Source: an uncultured virus (IMG/VR IMGVR_UViG_3300003876_000001)
Lineage: Duplodnaviria > Heunggongvirae > Uroviricota > Caudoviricetes
Virus record (IMG/VR): IMGVR_UViG_3300003876_000001
Coordinates: 62,001 to 126,000 of that record
Direction: 5' to 3' (one strand)
Length of the DNA stretch: 64,000 bases
Part shown: piece after piece, positions 1-10,337 of the stretch
How the letters are laid out: the number at the start of each line of letters is the position of its first letter
Numbering within the stretch: the first letter of the stretch is position 1
The notes under the pieces: model-generated
What the model saw: only the letters and a program-made list of their open reading frames with translations
What the model was told of the DNA's origin: nothing
Database searches by the model: none
Translations under genes and position numbers: made by a program

Positions 1-1
1 T

Positions 2-1399
2 TACAAAAATCAATCTGGCGTTATTACTAGTCATATCCTAAATATATTTCCAAATATTATCATTGACTCAAACTATAAAAGAAAATCTATTGAGTATAAA
101 ACAGGTAAATTTTGGTATGATAATTATTTTACAATAAATTATATTCCAATAAAAAAAGTAAAAAAATGTTCATATTGTGATTGGATGACTAAGGACATAT
201 ATAATAAATCTGGTGCATATGAAAAGCATTTAATTAATATTCACAATATAAATCTTAAAACACATTTAAAAAATTATCCTGAAGATCGAGATTTTATTAA
301 AAAAGAAATTTATAATATCTTAATTACTTGTAAAATTTGTAATGAAGAATTTAAATCAATAACTAATACTCATTTAAAAGAAAAACACAATATAACACCT
401 GAAGAATATAAATTAAGATATGGATATTATCTTATTTCACCAAAAACAAGAAATAAATTAATTAAAACATATAATAAATATTTAAAATTTTACTCTGGAA
501 ATAAGAAATCAAAATTAGAAGAATTTATAAAAGAAAATGTTAATATAAAATTTATTGAGAATAATAGAAAAATTTTAAATGGTAAAGAAATTGATTTAAT
601 TGATGAAAAAAATAAAATTGGTATTGAAATTAATGGTAATATTTTCCATACTGAATTATTTGGTGGTAAAGATAAAAATTATCATTTAAATAAAACTGAG
701 TTGGCTTTAAAAGAGGGTTATGATTTAATACATATTTTTAGTGATGAATTATTAAATAACCCAACCCTAATTATAAATAAAATTAATCATATTCTTAATT
801 TAAATGAATCCACAAAAATTCATGCAAGAAAATGTATTATTTCTGAAAATATTGCGAAAAATGATAAAAGTATATTCTTAAATGAAAATCATATACAAGG
901 TAATGATAAATCAAAAATTTCAATAGTTGCCCATTATAATGATGAAATTGTTGGAATTATGACATTTGATAATAAAAGATATATGAATAAATCAAATAAT
1001 CATAATAACACAGTATATGAACTAGCAAGATTTACAATTAAAAATGAATATGTTATAACAGGTATTGCCTCTAGATTATTATCATATTTTATTAAAACAT
1101 ATGAACCAACCAAAATTATATCATTTGCAGATAGAAGGTGGACACCAAATTCAAATAATAATTTATATTCTAAATTAGGGTTTGAATTAACTAAAACATT
1201 AAAACCAGATTATTGGTATTTTAACCCTAAATACTCTAGAGATAAAAGATTTCATAAATTTGGTTTTGGTAAAAATAGTATTAAGAAAAAATTTCCAAGT
1301 CACTATAACGAAAATAAAACTGAGTGGGAAATGATGCAAGAATTGGGATTTGATAGAATTTGGGATTGTGGTAAATTTAAATATGAGTTAAATTTTTAA
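2..1399 (+). CDS. Free-standing endonuclease (Zn-finger + Vsr/PD-(D/E)xK-like domain + C-terminal GNAT-like domain), 5'-truncated by window edge
   Basis: Frame is open from base 2 into the 185..1399 ORF. CxxC motifs, KEIDL..IGIEING..FH nuclease motif, then NHIQG/YELARF/ISFADRRW/RIWDCG. Paralog of 13907 and 25934 genes. Confidence 0.75.
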   Translation, partial: YKNQSGVITSHILNIFPNIIIDSNYKRKSIEYKTGKFWYDNYFTINYIPIKKVKKCSYCDWMTKDIYNKSGAYEKHLINIHNINLKTHLKNYPEDRDFIKKEIYNILITCKICNEEFKSITNTHLKEKHNITPEEYKLRYGYYLISPKTRNKLIKTYNKYLKFYSGNKKSKLEEFIKENVNIKFIENNRKILNGKEIDLIDEKNKIGIEINGNIFHTELFGGKDKNYHLNKTELALKEGYDLIHIFSDELLNNPTLIINKINHILNLNESTKIHARKCIISENIAKNDKSIFLNENHIQGNDKSKISIVAHYNDEIVGIMTFDNKRYMNKSNNHNNTVYELARFTIKNEYVITGIASRLLSYFIKTYEPTKIISFADRRWTPNSNNNLYSKLGFELTKTLKPDYWYFNPKYSRDKRFHKFGFGKNSIKKKFPSHYNENKTEWEMMQELGFDRIWDCGKFKYELNF

Positions 1400-1432
1400 A
1401 TTGATAGTATTTATGGTTAGAATATAAATATT

Positions 1433-1903
1433 ATGTATAAATTCATATTAATAATTATCCTTTTTATATTTACTTCTTTTGGTTTGAGTACTAAAAATTT
1501 ACATAGTGAAATATTATTAAATTTTGAATTATTAAATCAAGGTTATGTTTATAGAACATTAGGTACATATGCTTTGCAAATGGCAGATGGTTCATTAATT
1601 AGTGTTGAAGCATATATATGGAAAAGAGAAAATAATAGTGGAATATATAAACAATTTAAATATGAATATGTATTAACTGCTGTTAGTAAATCCGTACATA
1701 ATAGACAAACAACTAAAACATGGCTATATAATACTAGAGTATTTTTAGATAATAATGAATTAACATATAATCAATATCCCAATGGTGTGACTGTTTATGT
1801 TAACACATCACCAACAGCCATTTATAATTGGTATACTAGTGCAGAAAATATTGGTGTCTTTTATTTAAAATGGGAATCTTCAGCTTACGAACCAAGAATT
1901 TAA
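1433..1903 (+). CDS. Putative secreted/membrane-anchored protein
   Basis: Hydrophobic N-terminal signal-like segment; AGTATTTAT motif upstream at 1406. Confidence 0.55.
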   Translation: MYKFILIIILFIFTSFGLSTKNLHSEILLNFELLNQGYVYRTLGTYALQMADGSLISVEAYIWKRENNSGIYKQFKYEYVLTAVSKSVHNRQTTKTWLYNTRVFLDNNELTYNQYPNGVTVYVNTSPTAIYNWYTSAENIGVFYLKWESSAYEPRI

Positions 1904-1908
1904 CTAAA

Positions 1909-2220
1909 ATGTCAAAAAAACTAAACGAACAAACAAAAATAGAAGTAGGATTTAAACATGTAATTAGTTTCCTTCTAGGGATATTAAGTATTATGTATGG
2001 GTTTTATTCTATATTCATTGTACCCAAATTGTATGATCATGAAACTAAAATGGTTAAAATTGAAGAAAAAATTTCAACAGGATTAGATGATATGAATAGT
2101 AATCTTCAAGAATTATATATGGGTATTGGTACTCTTAATGGAAATATTGAAGGTATTAACAATAGATTTAGAGATTTAAATAATATCAGAACCGATGAAG
2201 GTGGTGGTTTTAGTAATTAA
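1909..2220 (+). CDS. Single-TM coiled-coil membrane protein
   Basis: Likely start MSKKLNE at 1909; hydrophobic VISFLLGILSIMYGFYSIFIV then coiled coil. Confidence 0.55.
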   Translation: MSKKLNEQTKIEVGFKHVISFLLGILSIMYGFYSIFIVPKLYDHETKMVKIEEKISTGLDDMNSNLQELYMGIGTLNGNIEGINNRFRDLNNIRTDEGGGFSN

Positions 2221-2525
2221 TCTTCATCCTCATTCAATAAATCAAATTCAATAACTTCAGTATCTTTTAATGTATTGTCCCAATATATTTCAATATCTTT
2301 TAATTTAAGATATTTTAAATAAAAATCATTTATAATATCATCTATTGGTGTTTTTTCATCAATTTGGAATGTTTCAGAAAATTCTTCTCTAATTTCCATA
2401 GATTTTAATTTTTTCTGAATTATTAATGTTAACCTATCCAAATGAATATCAATCATTAATCTTACATTAGGTTCTACTACCTCACCATTAGGTAATTTTT
2501 CAAGTATACTTAGTTTTTTCTTCAT
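2217..2525 (-). CDS. Hypothetical protein
   Basis: 102-aa ORF directly downstream of the helicase. Confidence 0.6.
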   Translation of the reverse strand: MKKKLSILEKLPNGEVVEPNVRLMIDIHLDRLTLIIQKKLKSMEIREEFSETFQIDEKTPIDDIINDFYLKYLKLKDIEIYWDNTLKDTEVIEFDLLNEDED

Positions 2526-2527
2526 AA

Positions 2528-4948
2528 TTATTCTTCTTCTATATCAAAACTACCACCCTCTTCTTCATCAGTCCATTCATAATCAAATACTAGTTCGTGT
2601 TTTGCTCTTGTTATTGCAACATATTTTAAATTCATTTCTTGTTGGTATTGCCATGCTTTTTTTGTTGGTAGAGGCATTTTATCTGGTCTTGCTATAAATA
2701 CTCGACTTGCTTCTAATCCTTTTGATTTATGTACAGTGCTTAAAACAATACCAAATAAATCATCACTAAATATCATTTTAATTTTATCTTTTAAGTCTGC
2801 AATATCCGTAGATAGTTTAGCCATAAAATCTAACGTCATAACATTATCTTGTAAAGCAACATATCTACTATCATCACTATAATTAAGAATACCTCTTTTT
2901 CTTAAAGCTGCTTCATATTTTTTTAATTCATTTGTATAAAATGCCATTAATTGTGATAGTGTTTTATGACCTTGTACCATTTCAATTAATGATATTCCCA
3001 TATCACTTCCTTTAATAACAGCTTTCTTACCATCTAATAAATAATGAAAAAATAGTTTTATTAATGGAGTAGTAGTTCTACACAATACAAAATCACCATC
3101 TTCAGGCTCGTCTAAGACACTACCCTCTCTTACGATGCCATCTATCGCATTAGGTAACGCTTGTAGCGTAGGCACTATCTTTTGTGCTTCTATAACAATA
3201 TTCTTAGCACATCTAAATGTAGTAGTGAGTGGTAATATTTTTGTATTAGGAAATTTAAGAAACCAATCATATGATTTATCAGATACACCAGAAAATCCGT
3301 AAATACTATTATGTGTTAAAATACCATCAGCAACATATAATTCATATTTTTTTATTTTTAATGAATATACATAATCAGAGTAATGTACATATTCTAAAGA
3401 ATCAATAGATTTATATGTTGGTTTAACTATTTTAGATGGATAACCTTTTCCATGTGTTCTAATTGCTGTATTATTTACATCATAATGGATCATTTCCATA
3501 TCATTAGGAAGAATATTCACTGCATATAATTCAAACATATGATTTTTACTAAAATATTGATGTTTATTTTTTTCCCAAAAGGGATAATCAATGCTTTTAT
3601 TAAAATTTTTTAATAATAAAAAAATGTTACTATGTAATTCATTTAGGTCTATTCTATTATAAAATTTATCAATATATTTTTGATTAATATTACCCTTTTG
3701 ATCTCTATAATTAAAAATTAATTGTGGTATTTTATATTTTAATGAATAATATTGTTCATCACTGTATGCTTCAAATTTATTATTATATGTATTTAATATC
3801 CAAAAAGAATCGGCAGATTCTTGTCTTGCTCTGAATGATCCAAAATCATTTTTTCCGTTCCATAGTTTAACAATACCAATTCTATACTTATCATCCTTTT
3901 TCATTAAATATAAAATATGTTTATTTAATGATTCTTTTTTAAATCTAACCATAGTTTTATGGTTTTCAGTATATGATGAAATTTTATTATTTGAACTAAT
4001 TTTTATTAAGTTTTCATATATTTTTCTTTTAGAAACTTCTTCAACCATTGGTGCTCTTTCTTTTAACCAATCACTCATTTTGTTTTTATATCTTCCAACA
4101 AACCGACCCTTTTCTTTTCTATTATATGAAACAACAAAATCACCCTTCTTAATGTCCTCAATATTTTTTTCACTACCATCGTGCATCAATATTTTACTAC
4201 CTTTAGGTTGACATTGATTAACGTCCCCAACCGCAATTAATCTACCAGTAGTCTTTTTAGATATTCTATCTTTCTTTAAAATTTTCTTTAATATATATTG
4301 TTGTGCACGATTTAAATCTTGAATTTCATCAACCATTACATTATCATATTGATACATCCAAATTTTATTATCAATTGCAGGTAAAAATACCATATCTGTA
4401 AAATCAAATGTTTTACGATCATTAAGTATTTCTTCTAAAACAGAAAATACTCTTTTATGATCTCTAGGTTCATCTAATTCTATATCATATTTAGTTGAAA
4501 GATGTGGTAAATATTTTTTATCTAGTGTTATTGTTAATCTACATAGATTAACAAACTTTTTTATTCTACCTAAATATATACCAATATCTTCTTTATTATG
4601 TAGTTCACTACTAAGATTCCATTTTTTTGATTTTTTATTAACAATATCATCTACTTTAAATTCATCAAATTTAATAGAATCCCCATATACATTTTTAATT
4701 GCTTGCATACCCAATCCATGAAATGTATAACAAAATACATCATCTGGTAATCTTTGTTTCAATTCCATTTGAATATGTTTATTGAATGCAAGATATATTT
4801 TTTTAGAATCTTTGGGTAATAATTTAGACCCTTCAACAACAGTAGTTGTTTTACCACAACCTGCAAGAGCACCAATTAATAGGTTTTCTTTTCTGTTTTT
4901 AATGAAGTGAAATATTTTTTCTTGTTCTTTTGTAGGTTTAAATCCCAT
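2528..4948 (-). CDS. UvrD/Rep-family SF1 helicase containing an intein
   Basis: GALAGCGKTT, VDEIQD, GDVNQ|SIYGF, TFRCAK, STVHKSKGLE, YVAITRAK motifs. Confidence 0.9.
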   Translation of the reverse strand: MGFKPTKEQEKIFHFIKNRKENLLIGALAGCGKTTTVVEGSKLLPKDSKKIYLAFNKHIQMELKQRLPDDVFCYTFHGLGMQAIKNVYGDSIKFDEFKVDDIVNKKSKKWNLSSELHNKEDIGIYLGRIKKFVNLCRLTITLDKKYLPHLSTKYDIELDEPRDHKRVFSVLEEILNDRKTFDFTDMVFLPAIDNKIWMYQYDNVMVDEIQDLNRAQQYILKKILKKDRISKKTTGRLIAVGDVNQCQPKGSKILMHDGSEKNIEDIKKGDFVVSYNRKEKGRFVGRYKNKMSDWLKERAPMVEEVSKRKIYENLIKISSNNKISSYTENHKTMVRFKKESLNKHILYLMKKDDKYRIGIVKLWNGKNDFGSFRARQESADSFWILNTYNNKFEAYSDEQYYSLKYKIPQLIFNYRDQKGNINQKYIDKFYNRIDLNELHSNIFLLLKNFNKSIDYPFWEKNKHQYFSKNHMFELYAVNILPNDMEMIHYDVNNTAIRTHGKGYPSKIVKPTYKSIDSLEYVHYSDYVYSLKIKKYELYVADGILTHNSIYGFSGVSDKSYDWFLKFPNTKILPLTTTFRCAKNIVIEAQKIVPTLQALPNAIDGIVREGSVLDEPEDGDFVLCRTTTPLIKLFFHYLLDGKKAVIKGSDMGISLIEMVQGHKTLSQLMAFYTNELKKYEAALRKRGILNYSDDSRYVALQDNVMTLDFMAKLSTDIADLKDKIKMIFSDDLFGIVLSTVHKSKGLEASRVFIARPDKMPLPTKKAWQYQQEMNLKYVAITRAKHELVFDYEWTDEEEGGSFDIEEE
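3308..4213 (-). mobile_element. Intein (302 aa) in helicase motif III
   Basis: Starts CQPKGSKILMHDGSEKNIEDIKKGD, ends YVADGILTHN followed by Ser; removal restores GDVNQSIYGF. Confidence 0.9.
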
Positions 4949-5244
4949 TATTTGTCTTCTGTGTCTGTATTTAACATATCATCAAGATCACTCATAGCAT
5001 TCATTTGACCTTTTAATATATCAGCCATTTTATCTGAAATACCGCTAACCATATCACCTGCTATTGCTAAATCTTTTAAAAAATCTTCAGGAAGTTCCTC
5101 TTTATTTTTCATTAACTCAAATAACATGTATTTAGTTAATTCTAAACATGCAAATCTATGTGATACTTCTAACTTAGGATCATCTATGTGGATATAAGGT
5201 CTACCATCATCATTTAATTTAATTTCATATTCAAAATTCTTCAT
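4948..5244 (-). CDS. Hypothetical protein
   Basis: 98-aa ORF coupled to helicase start; TATATTTG promoter element upstream (5281-5288). Confidence 0.65.
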   Translation of the reverse strand: MKNFEYEIKLNDDGRPYIHIDDPKLEVSHRFACLELTKYMLFELMKNKEELPEDFLKDLAIAGDMVSGISDKMADILKGQMNAMSDLDDMLNTDTEDK

Positions 5245-5295
5245 AAAGTAATTTCTTTAAGTATTTATAATTATAATTCACAAATATATTACATT

Positions 5296-6411
5296 ATGGC
5301 TACAATATCAACAGTTTCAAGAAATAAATTATTAAGACAAGTTAAACATGAGTTAGGATATCCTCTTAGAAAGTTTGAATTAACTGATCCTATGATGGAT
5401 ACTTATCTTGAAATGGCTATTGAAGATTATTCCGCTTATGTTAATGAGTGGTTAATTGAACAACAATGGGTTGGTTTACAGGGATTAGAAATAGATGGTG
5501 GTGATTTTTTTAATGCATTTACTACAAAATCTAATGACTTTATGCAATCTTTTACATATGCATATTCTAAACAAGTTGGTTTAGGTACTAATGCACCTAC
5601 AGGTAACAAATGGGAACTAAAAAGAGATTTTATTACTACATCAGCCAATACACAACATTATATTATTCCAGCAAATAGGGAAGTTAATGAAGTATTATGG
5701 GAAACATCACCATCAATTAATCAAGGGTTAGTTGATCCATTTGCTTTAGGTAATTTTCAAGCAGGTGGTATGGGTTGGTCTTATATGGGTCGTCCAGCAA
5801 TGTATGTTCAACCAACATATTCATTATTAATGGCATCACAAGATAGAAGAACAAAAGAGAGAATAATGCAATCTGAATTAACCTTTAGAATTACTGGTTT
5901 AGAAGATGGTAGAAAATTATTACATCTATATCCAATTCCGGGTAGTAGAGAAGAAATACGTGATAGATGGGGTAAGCATTATGCTGGTCGTAAAGTTTGG
6001 TATTTCTATTATGATACTGAAGGAAATAGAGAAGAGTGTTTGAAGGATAATAAAGACGTTGTTAAGTTACCTTCTGATGCACCTATTGATGAATTGAGTT
6101 ACGATGAAGTAAATTCTGTTGCTCGTCAGCAAATAAGAGATTTATTAATTTCTAGAACCAAAATAAATGTTGGTGGTGTGAGAGGATTCTTCTCTGGTGA
6201 AGTTGGTGCTACTGAAAAACAATTAACAATGGATTATCGCCATTTAATTGATGAAGGTCAAGAATTGAAAACAGCTACAAAAGATAAAATTTTTGAAACA
6301 TTAAATAAAATATCACTCGTTCAATTAACGACAGATAGAGCAACAATCGCTGAAAATATAAATAGAGAAAGAGGTTATCAACCACCTAAATTTCCAATAA
6401 TGACATATTAA
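5296..6411 (+). CDS. Putative neck/head-tail adaptor protein (T4 gp13-like)
   Basis: N-terminal VKHELGYP..FELTD..MD.YLEMA pattern, size, late motif upstream, followed by gp14-like gene. Confidence 0.65.
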   Translation: MATISTVSRNKLLRQVKHELGYPLRKFELTDPMMDTYLEMAIEDYSAYVNEWLIEQQWVGLQGLEIDGGDFFNAFTTKSNDFMQSFTYAYSKQVGLGTNAPTGNKWELKRDFITTSANTQHYIIPANREVNEVLWETSPSINQGLVDPFALGNFQAGGMGWSYMGRPAMYVQPTYSLLMASQDRRTKERIMQSELTFRITGLEDGRKLLHLYPIPGSREEIRDRWGKHYAGRKVWYFYYDTEGNREECLKDNKDVVKLPSDAPIDELSYDEVNSVARQQIRDLLISRTKINVGGVRGFFSGEVGATEKQLTMDYRHLIDEGQELKTATKDKIFETLNKISLVQLTTDRATIAENINRERGYQPPKFPIMTY

Positions 6412-6617
6412 TGAAAGTTTTTATACATAAACATACTGGTGAATATGGTCACTATTTAGGTAAAGGTGAATTTGCAACAGCATCACATCCACAAGTATTT
6501 CCAGATACAATGAATGAAGAAGCATTTAGAAAATATATAAAATCACAAGAAGGTTGTGAGTTATCTATGGATAATTTTGAAATTAAGAATATTGAAATTG
6601 TAGTATTTGATAGTTAA
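6411..6617 (+). CDS. Hypothetical protein
   Basis: 68-aa ORF coupled by TAATG overlap. Confidence 0.6.
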   Translation: MKVFIHKHTGEYGHYLGKGEFATASHPQVFPDTMNEEAFRKYIKSQEGCELSMDNFEIKNIEIVVFDS

Positions 6618-7173
6618 AATGGCTAAGAAGAAAGAAAAACATATTGATTTAGAAAACCAACGTTATGGTTTATTTATGGATGATGAATCATTTGACCTTG
6701 ATGTTATGTATGGTGAACATTATTTGGATGTTGATGTGAATTATTTTGTATTAATTCATAAAATAAATATTATTGAAACCAAAACACATGATCTTTATGG
6801 ACAATCTAAAGCTAAAGATAAAAAATATTTACCACCTGTTAAAATTAATGTAATGATTAATATTGCTGAAAAGGATGGTGAATATTATGCTGGTGGTGAA
6901 GGTGGAATATCACGTGATGATACTGGTGAACTTAGAGTTAGTGTATATCTTAATGAATTAAAAAGAAAGAAACTTGATATTGATCGTGGTGATATTATGG
7001 AATTTAATCAATCTGGTGAAAAACCACGTTATTATGAAGTAGAATCTGCTCAAAATGTAGTTGACTCTACACAACAAACAATTGCTGGTTTTAAACCTTA
7101 CTGGAAGCAGATCATAGGTGTTCCAGTGAGATTGGATACTATTCCATTTTTACAAGGAGATTCATTAAAATAG
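6607..7173 (+). CDS. Putative head closure/neck protein (gp14-like)
   Basis: HDLYGQ..K.Y.PPV and IDRGD..YYEV patterns; synteny with neck gene; start may be 6619. Confidence 0.55.
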   Translation: MIVKMAKKKEKHIDLENQRYGLFMDDESFDLDVMYGEHYLDVDVNYFVLIHKINIIETKTHDLYGQSKAKDKKYLPPVKINVMINIAEKDGEYYAGGEGGISRDDTGELRVSVYLNELKRKKLDIDRGDIMEFNQSGEKPRYYEVESAQNVVDSTQQTIAGFKPYWKQIIGVPVRLDTIPFLQGDSLK

Positions 7174-7176
7174 TGA

Positions 7177-7986
7177 TTAATTTACATATTGATATTTTTT
7201 AAATTGTATTGTATTTGATTTTAATCTATAAAACAATAGTGGTTTTGATATGTTTAAATCTTTAGCTGCAATTGATATACTATCGTAAATAATTCCATTA
7301 ATTATTATTTTTTTAGTATGTGCATATTTAATTCCAGCACATTTACGACAATTAATTGCTTTATATGTTATTTTATTCCCACAAACACAATAATTTATTT
7401 TCTTCTCTTTATTAATTTTTGGTTTATACCAATAACACCCATATTTATTATTAATAAATTCACCTTCCTTTGGTTTATTTTCATAATAATAATTTTTATA
7501 TTTCCAATTTTTTATTTTATATGAAATTGTTTTAATATCAACATTAAATTCGTTTGCAGCATCTTTAAGTGTCTTATATTTATTATTATCAATAATAAAT
7601 GGTTTACTACCCCTACCTTTACTTGCTTCACTAATTTTTTTTCTTATTTCTATTTCATTAGGGTGTGTAGATAAATCAAAAGAATTTCCCTTTGCAATTT
7701 TTGACATATTAAATGAATTTTTCCAATTTTTAATATTATCTAAATGTTTTTGTTCGGTTTTTAATAAATTTTCAGTTAGACAATCTTCTAAAAGATAATA
7801 TTTAAAATTAGATTTACCGTGTTTATTATATGAATTTTGTAAATAAAGTGAATGATGTTTATTTCTTTTTAATAATTCAAAATGTTTTTTAATTCTTTTA
7901 TGAATATTTTTGGAAGACCCTATATATTTTTTATTATTAATAATATTTTCAATAACATATATTCCAGAACATTTTAGATTCTTCAT
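7177..7986 (-). CDS. GIY-YIG homing endonuclease with NUMOD-type HTH repeats
   Basis: SGIYVIENIINNKKYIGSS..R..H; C-terminal IIING..YDSIS.AAK.L HTH. Confidence 0.9.
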   Translation of the reverse strand: MKNLKCSGIYVIENIINNKKYIGSSKNIHKRIKKHFELLKRNKHHSLYLQNSYNKHGKSNFKYYLLEDCLTENLLKTEQKHLDNIKNWKNSFNMSKIAKGNSFDLSTHPNEIEIRKKISEASKGRGSKPFIIDNNKYKTLKDAANEFNVDIKTISYKIKNWKYKNYYYENKPKEGEFINNKYGCYWYKPKINKEKKINYCVCGNKITYKAINCRKCAGIKYAHTKKIIINGIIYDSISIAAKDLNISKPLLFYRLKSNTIQFKKYQYVN

Positions 7987-8063
7987 ATTTCTTTAACATA
8001 AATACTGTGAAAATTTAAAATGGAATAAATTTAACACTTTACTTGTTAAACAAATAATTCGTC

Positions 8064-8287
8064 TTATACAAATATTGGTGTTTTCTTACCCACATATGCT
8101 CCAACAACATTGAAATAATAATATTCAATTGCTTCTTCTTCAGACATACCAAAATCAGTATTTAATATTTCAATACATTAAGTGAATATACCACCTTTTC
8201 ATCATATATACTAATAATTGCTTCATCAAAACCGTCTGCAAATAACCATTCACCTTCCATATCGGCTAGAATGTCTCTTTTATTCAT
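8064..8287 (-). pseudogene. Frameshifted small conserved phage protein
   Basis: MNKRD..FADGFDEAII..VVYS continues in another frame as CIEIL..GMSEEEAIEYYYFNVVGAYVGKKTPIFV*; 224 bp span is not a multiple of 3. Confidence 0.65.
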
Positions 8288-8826
8288 TATGCTAGTTTTT
8301 TAGTATTTAATAATTCTTTAAGGAAGTAAGTTTTATAATCTATACCAATATCCTTAATATATTCATCGATTTGTTTTTCAACACTCCAATTAAAATATTC
8401 GGCTTCATGTTCCCATTTTTTTGTCCATTCTCTAAAATCAGGATAATCTTCTCTATTGAAGACTCTTTCGTCTACAACTAAACAAACTGCTGTTAATGCA
8501 TTATTTAAATCTGGTTCATTAAATCTAGAATATTTAATTTTTGGTGAAATAACACCATGTTTGGTTGTTTCATTATATTCAATTATTGAAAGAAAATCTC
8601 TATCAAGAGTGCCACGTGGTATTTCTTCAGAATCTAAATTTGAATTTGTTGTACCACCATTTAATATAATCCAAGTTTTCCAGTTTTCAATAAAATCTAT
8701 ATATTCTTCATCATTACCATGTATATGTGCATATTCTAATGCTGCATGTCCTGCTTGGATCGATTTTTGTATGTCTGAAATATTATACGGAACTAAAAAG
8801 TACATCCTTTTTTCTAAATTTTTCAT
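8287..8826 (-). CDS. Peptidyl-tRNA hydrolase type 2-like protein
   Basis: MYFLV..S..QK.IQAGHAA..E, F.EPDL...LTAV motifs. Confidence 0.7.
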   Translation of the reverse strand: MKNLEKRMYFLVPYNISDIQKSIQAGHAALEYAHIHGNDEEYIDFIENWKTWIILNGGTTNSNLDSEEIPRGTLDRDFLSIIEYNETTKHGVISPKIKYSRFNEPDLNNALTAVCLVVDERVFNREDYPDFREWTKKWEHEAEYFNWSVEKQIDEYIKDIGIDYKTYFLKELLNTKKLA

Positions 8827-9545
8827 AAGTTTACATTTATTTTAATTAAAAATTTTGTATTCTTTTCAATATAAGCGTAGAATTCTTGGTAGTCGTCTTT
8901 TTCAAATTGTTCTTTCAATAGTCCTATATTATATCTTATTTTCTCTGAAGAACTACTTAATGCTTTAATTGATTCATGATATGATGATAAGATGCCTGCA
9001 CCATAAATTTTATATCTATGATTCATTTTTACAAGACCAAACTCAATTGTATACCAATATAGTCTAGACATGTGGTTTCTTAAATGTTTATATTTTTTAT
9101 ATCTAAAAATTTTCTTTGATGCTTCACCTATTTTTTTCAAAAAATGTGTGTAGTTTTTATTTAAAAGAAATGGTACGTGACCAAATAAATCATGAAACAT
9201 ATCAGGTTCTTCAATATAATCCAATGAATCAATTGATCTAATCCAAACAGTAACAGGGAATTTACTTAGTCTAAGATATTCAAAAAATTTATCATCTGGA
9301 ACTATACCATTTACAGGTATTAACTGAAAATCACTATCTAATTCTTTTAAACGTTGGTTGATTTCTTCAATATTTGGTATTGTATTATCTAATTTTAATC
9401 TACCAAGTCCATTCCAAAACTCCATAACAGCCATATCGTTTTCTTTTAGATTAGCAACTTGCTTTTCAAAAAGTAATTTCCACACTTTCTTATCTGATGC
9501 AGTATATTTACTATAAACTTGTTTTGTTTCTACTTGACTAAACAT
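8823..9545 (-). CDS. phhA: Phenylalanine 4-hydroxylase (pterin-dependent aromatic amino acid hydroxylase)
   Basis: YIEEPDMFHDLFGHVP, RLYWYTIEFGL, YGAGILSS; Fe-ligand His/His/Glu present. Confidence 0.9.
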   Translation of the reverse strand: MFSQVETKQVYSKYTASDKKVWKLLFEKQVANLKENDMAVMEFWNGLGRLKLDNTIPNIEEINQRLKELDSDFQLIPVNGIVPDDKFFEYLRLSKFPVTVWIRSIDSLDYIEEPDMFHDLFGHVPFLLNKNYTHFLKKIGEASKKIFRYKKYKHLRNHMSRLYWYTIEFGLVKMNHRYKIYGAGILSSYHESIKALSSSSEKIRYNIGLLKEQFEKDDYQEFYAYIEKNTKFLIKINVNL

Positions 9546-9777
9546 TGATTTTCTTTTTAATTTTTTCTAATTCATTTACTATAATTGGATGTTGTTTTTC
9601 ATCAGTTATTCCAATTTCTTCACCATAGTCAACATACATATCGATACTAAATTTAATCATATCCTTCTCTTTATTAGAAAGATATGTTGCTTTTTTTATT
9701 ACCATTACCAATGCTATTGATAATAATAAGATAACTAAAGCAAGAATTATAATTAATATCCATGCAAATATACTCAT
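9538..9777 (-). CDS. Small membrane protein
   Basis: Long N-terminal hydrophobic helix. Confidence 0.6.
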   Translation of the reverse strand: MSIFAWILIIILALVILLLSIALVMVIKKATYLSNKEKDMIKFSIDMYVDYGEEIGITDEKQHPIIVNELEKIKKKINV

Positions 9778-9990
9778 TAATTTTTATATTTGAATTTAAA
9801 TCCTTTGTGATAATTTTGTTTTCCTTTTGCAACTCTTACAACAGCAGCATCATTTAATTTATATTCTTTTAATTCTCTACTCATAAATTTTATTCCATTC
9901 ATCAATAACACTACCATTAATATCTAATCTTAATATTATTTTTAATGTTGGCTGACCTAATCTATTTTTTATTAGTGGTGCTAAAGGTGC
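9777..9990 (-). pseudogene. Homing endonuclease remnant (NUMOD1-like HTH tail)
   Basis: IILRLDINGSVIDEW then, in a shifted frame, VVRVAKGKQNYHKGFKFKYKN*; no intact start. Confidence 0.55.
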
Positions 9991-10337
9991 TGATAATTGA
10001 AAACTCTTAATTTTAAATTATATTTTATTGATAAATCAATCATATGTTTACTTCCTTTACTTTTTCCATCCCAAAAAACAATAGCAGAATCTCCATATTT
10101 AGCCATTTCATCATTACGTATATATCCAGCAGATTTTCCAAATTTACCCCAATCAGGTTTAAAATATTTTATTTTAAATTCATTTTCAATAGCATATTGT
10201 TCACCTAATTTATCAGCACCATATGCAGTTCCACAAACGATTTCAATATCATTTGAATTTTGAAGAATATAATCACAATATTTTTTTAGTGTGTCATAAT
10301 CATCATATTTTCTTCCACCTGCAATAATTACTTTCAT
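9981..10337 (-). CDS. SLOG/YspA-like protein
   Basis: VIIAGGR, VCGTAYGAD, AGYIRN.EM, VFWDGKSKGS. Confidence 0.85.
   Translation of the reverse strand: MKVIIAGGRKYDDYDTLKKYCDYILQNSNDIEIVCGTAYGADKLGEQYAIENEFKIKYFKPDWGKFGKSAGYIRNDEMAKYGDSAIVFWDGKSKGSKHMIDLSIKYNLKLRVFNYQHL

Noticed and set aside
9968..10000. Plus-strand peptide ISGAKGAD resembling a SLOG motif
   Set aside because: Too short, followed by a stop, and explained by minus-strand features
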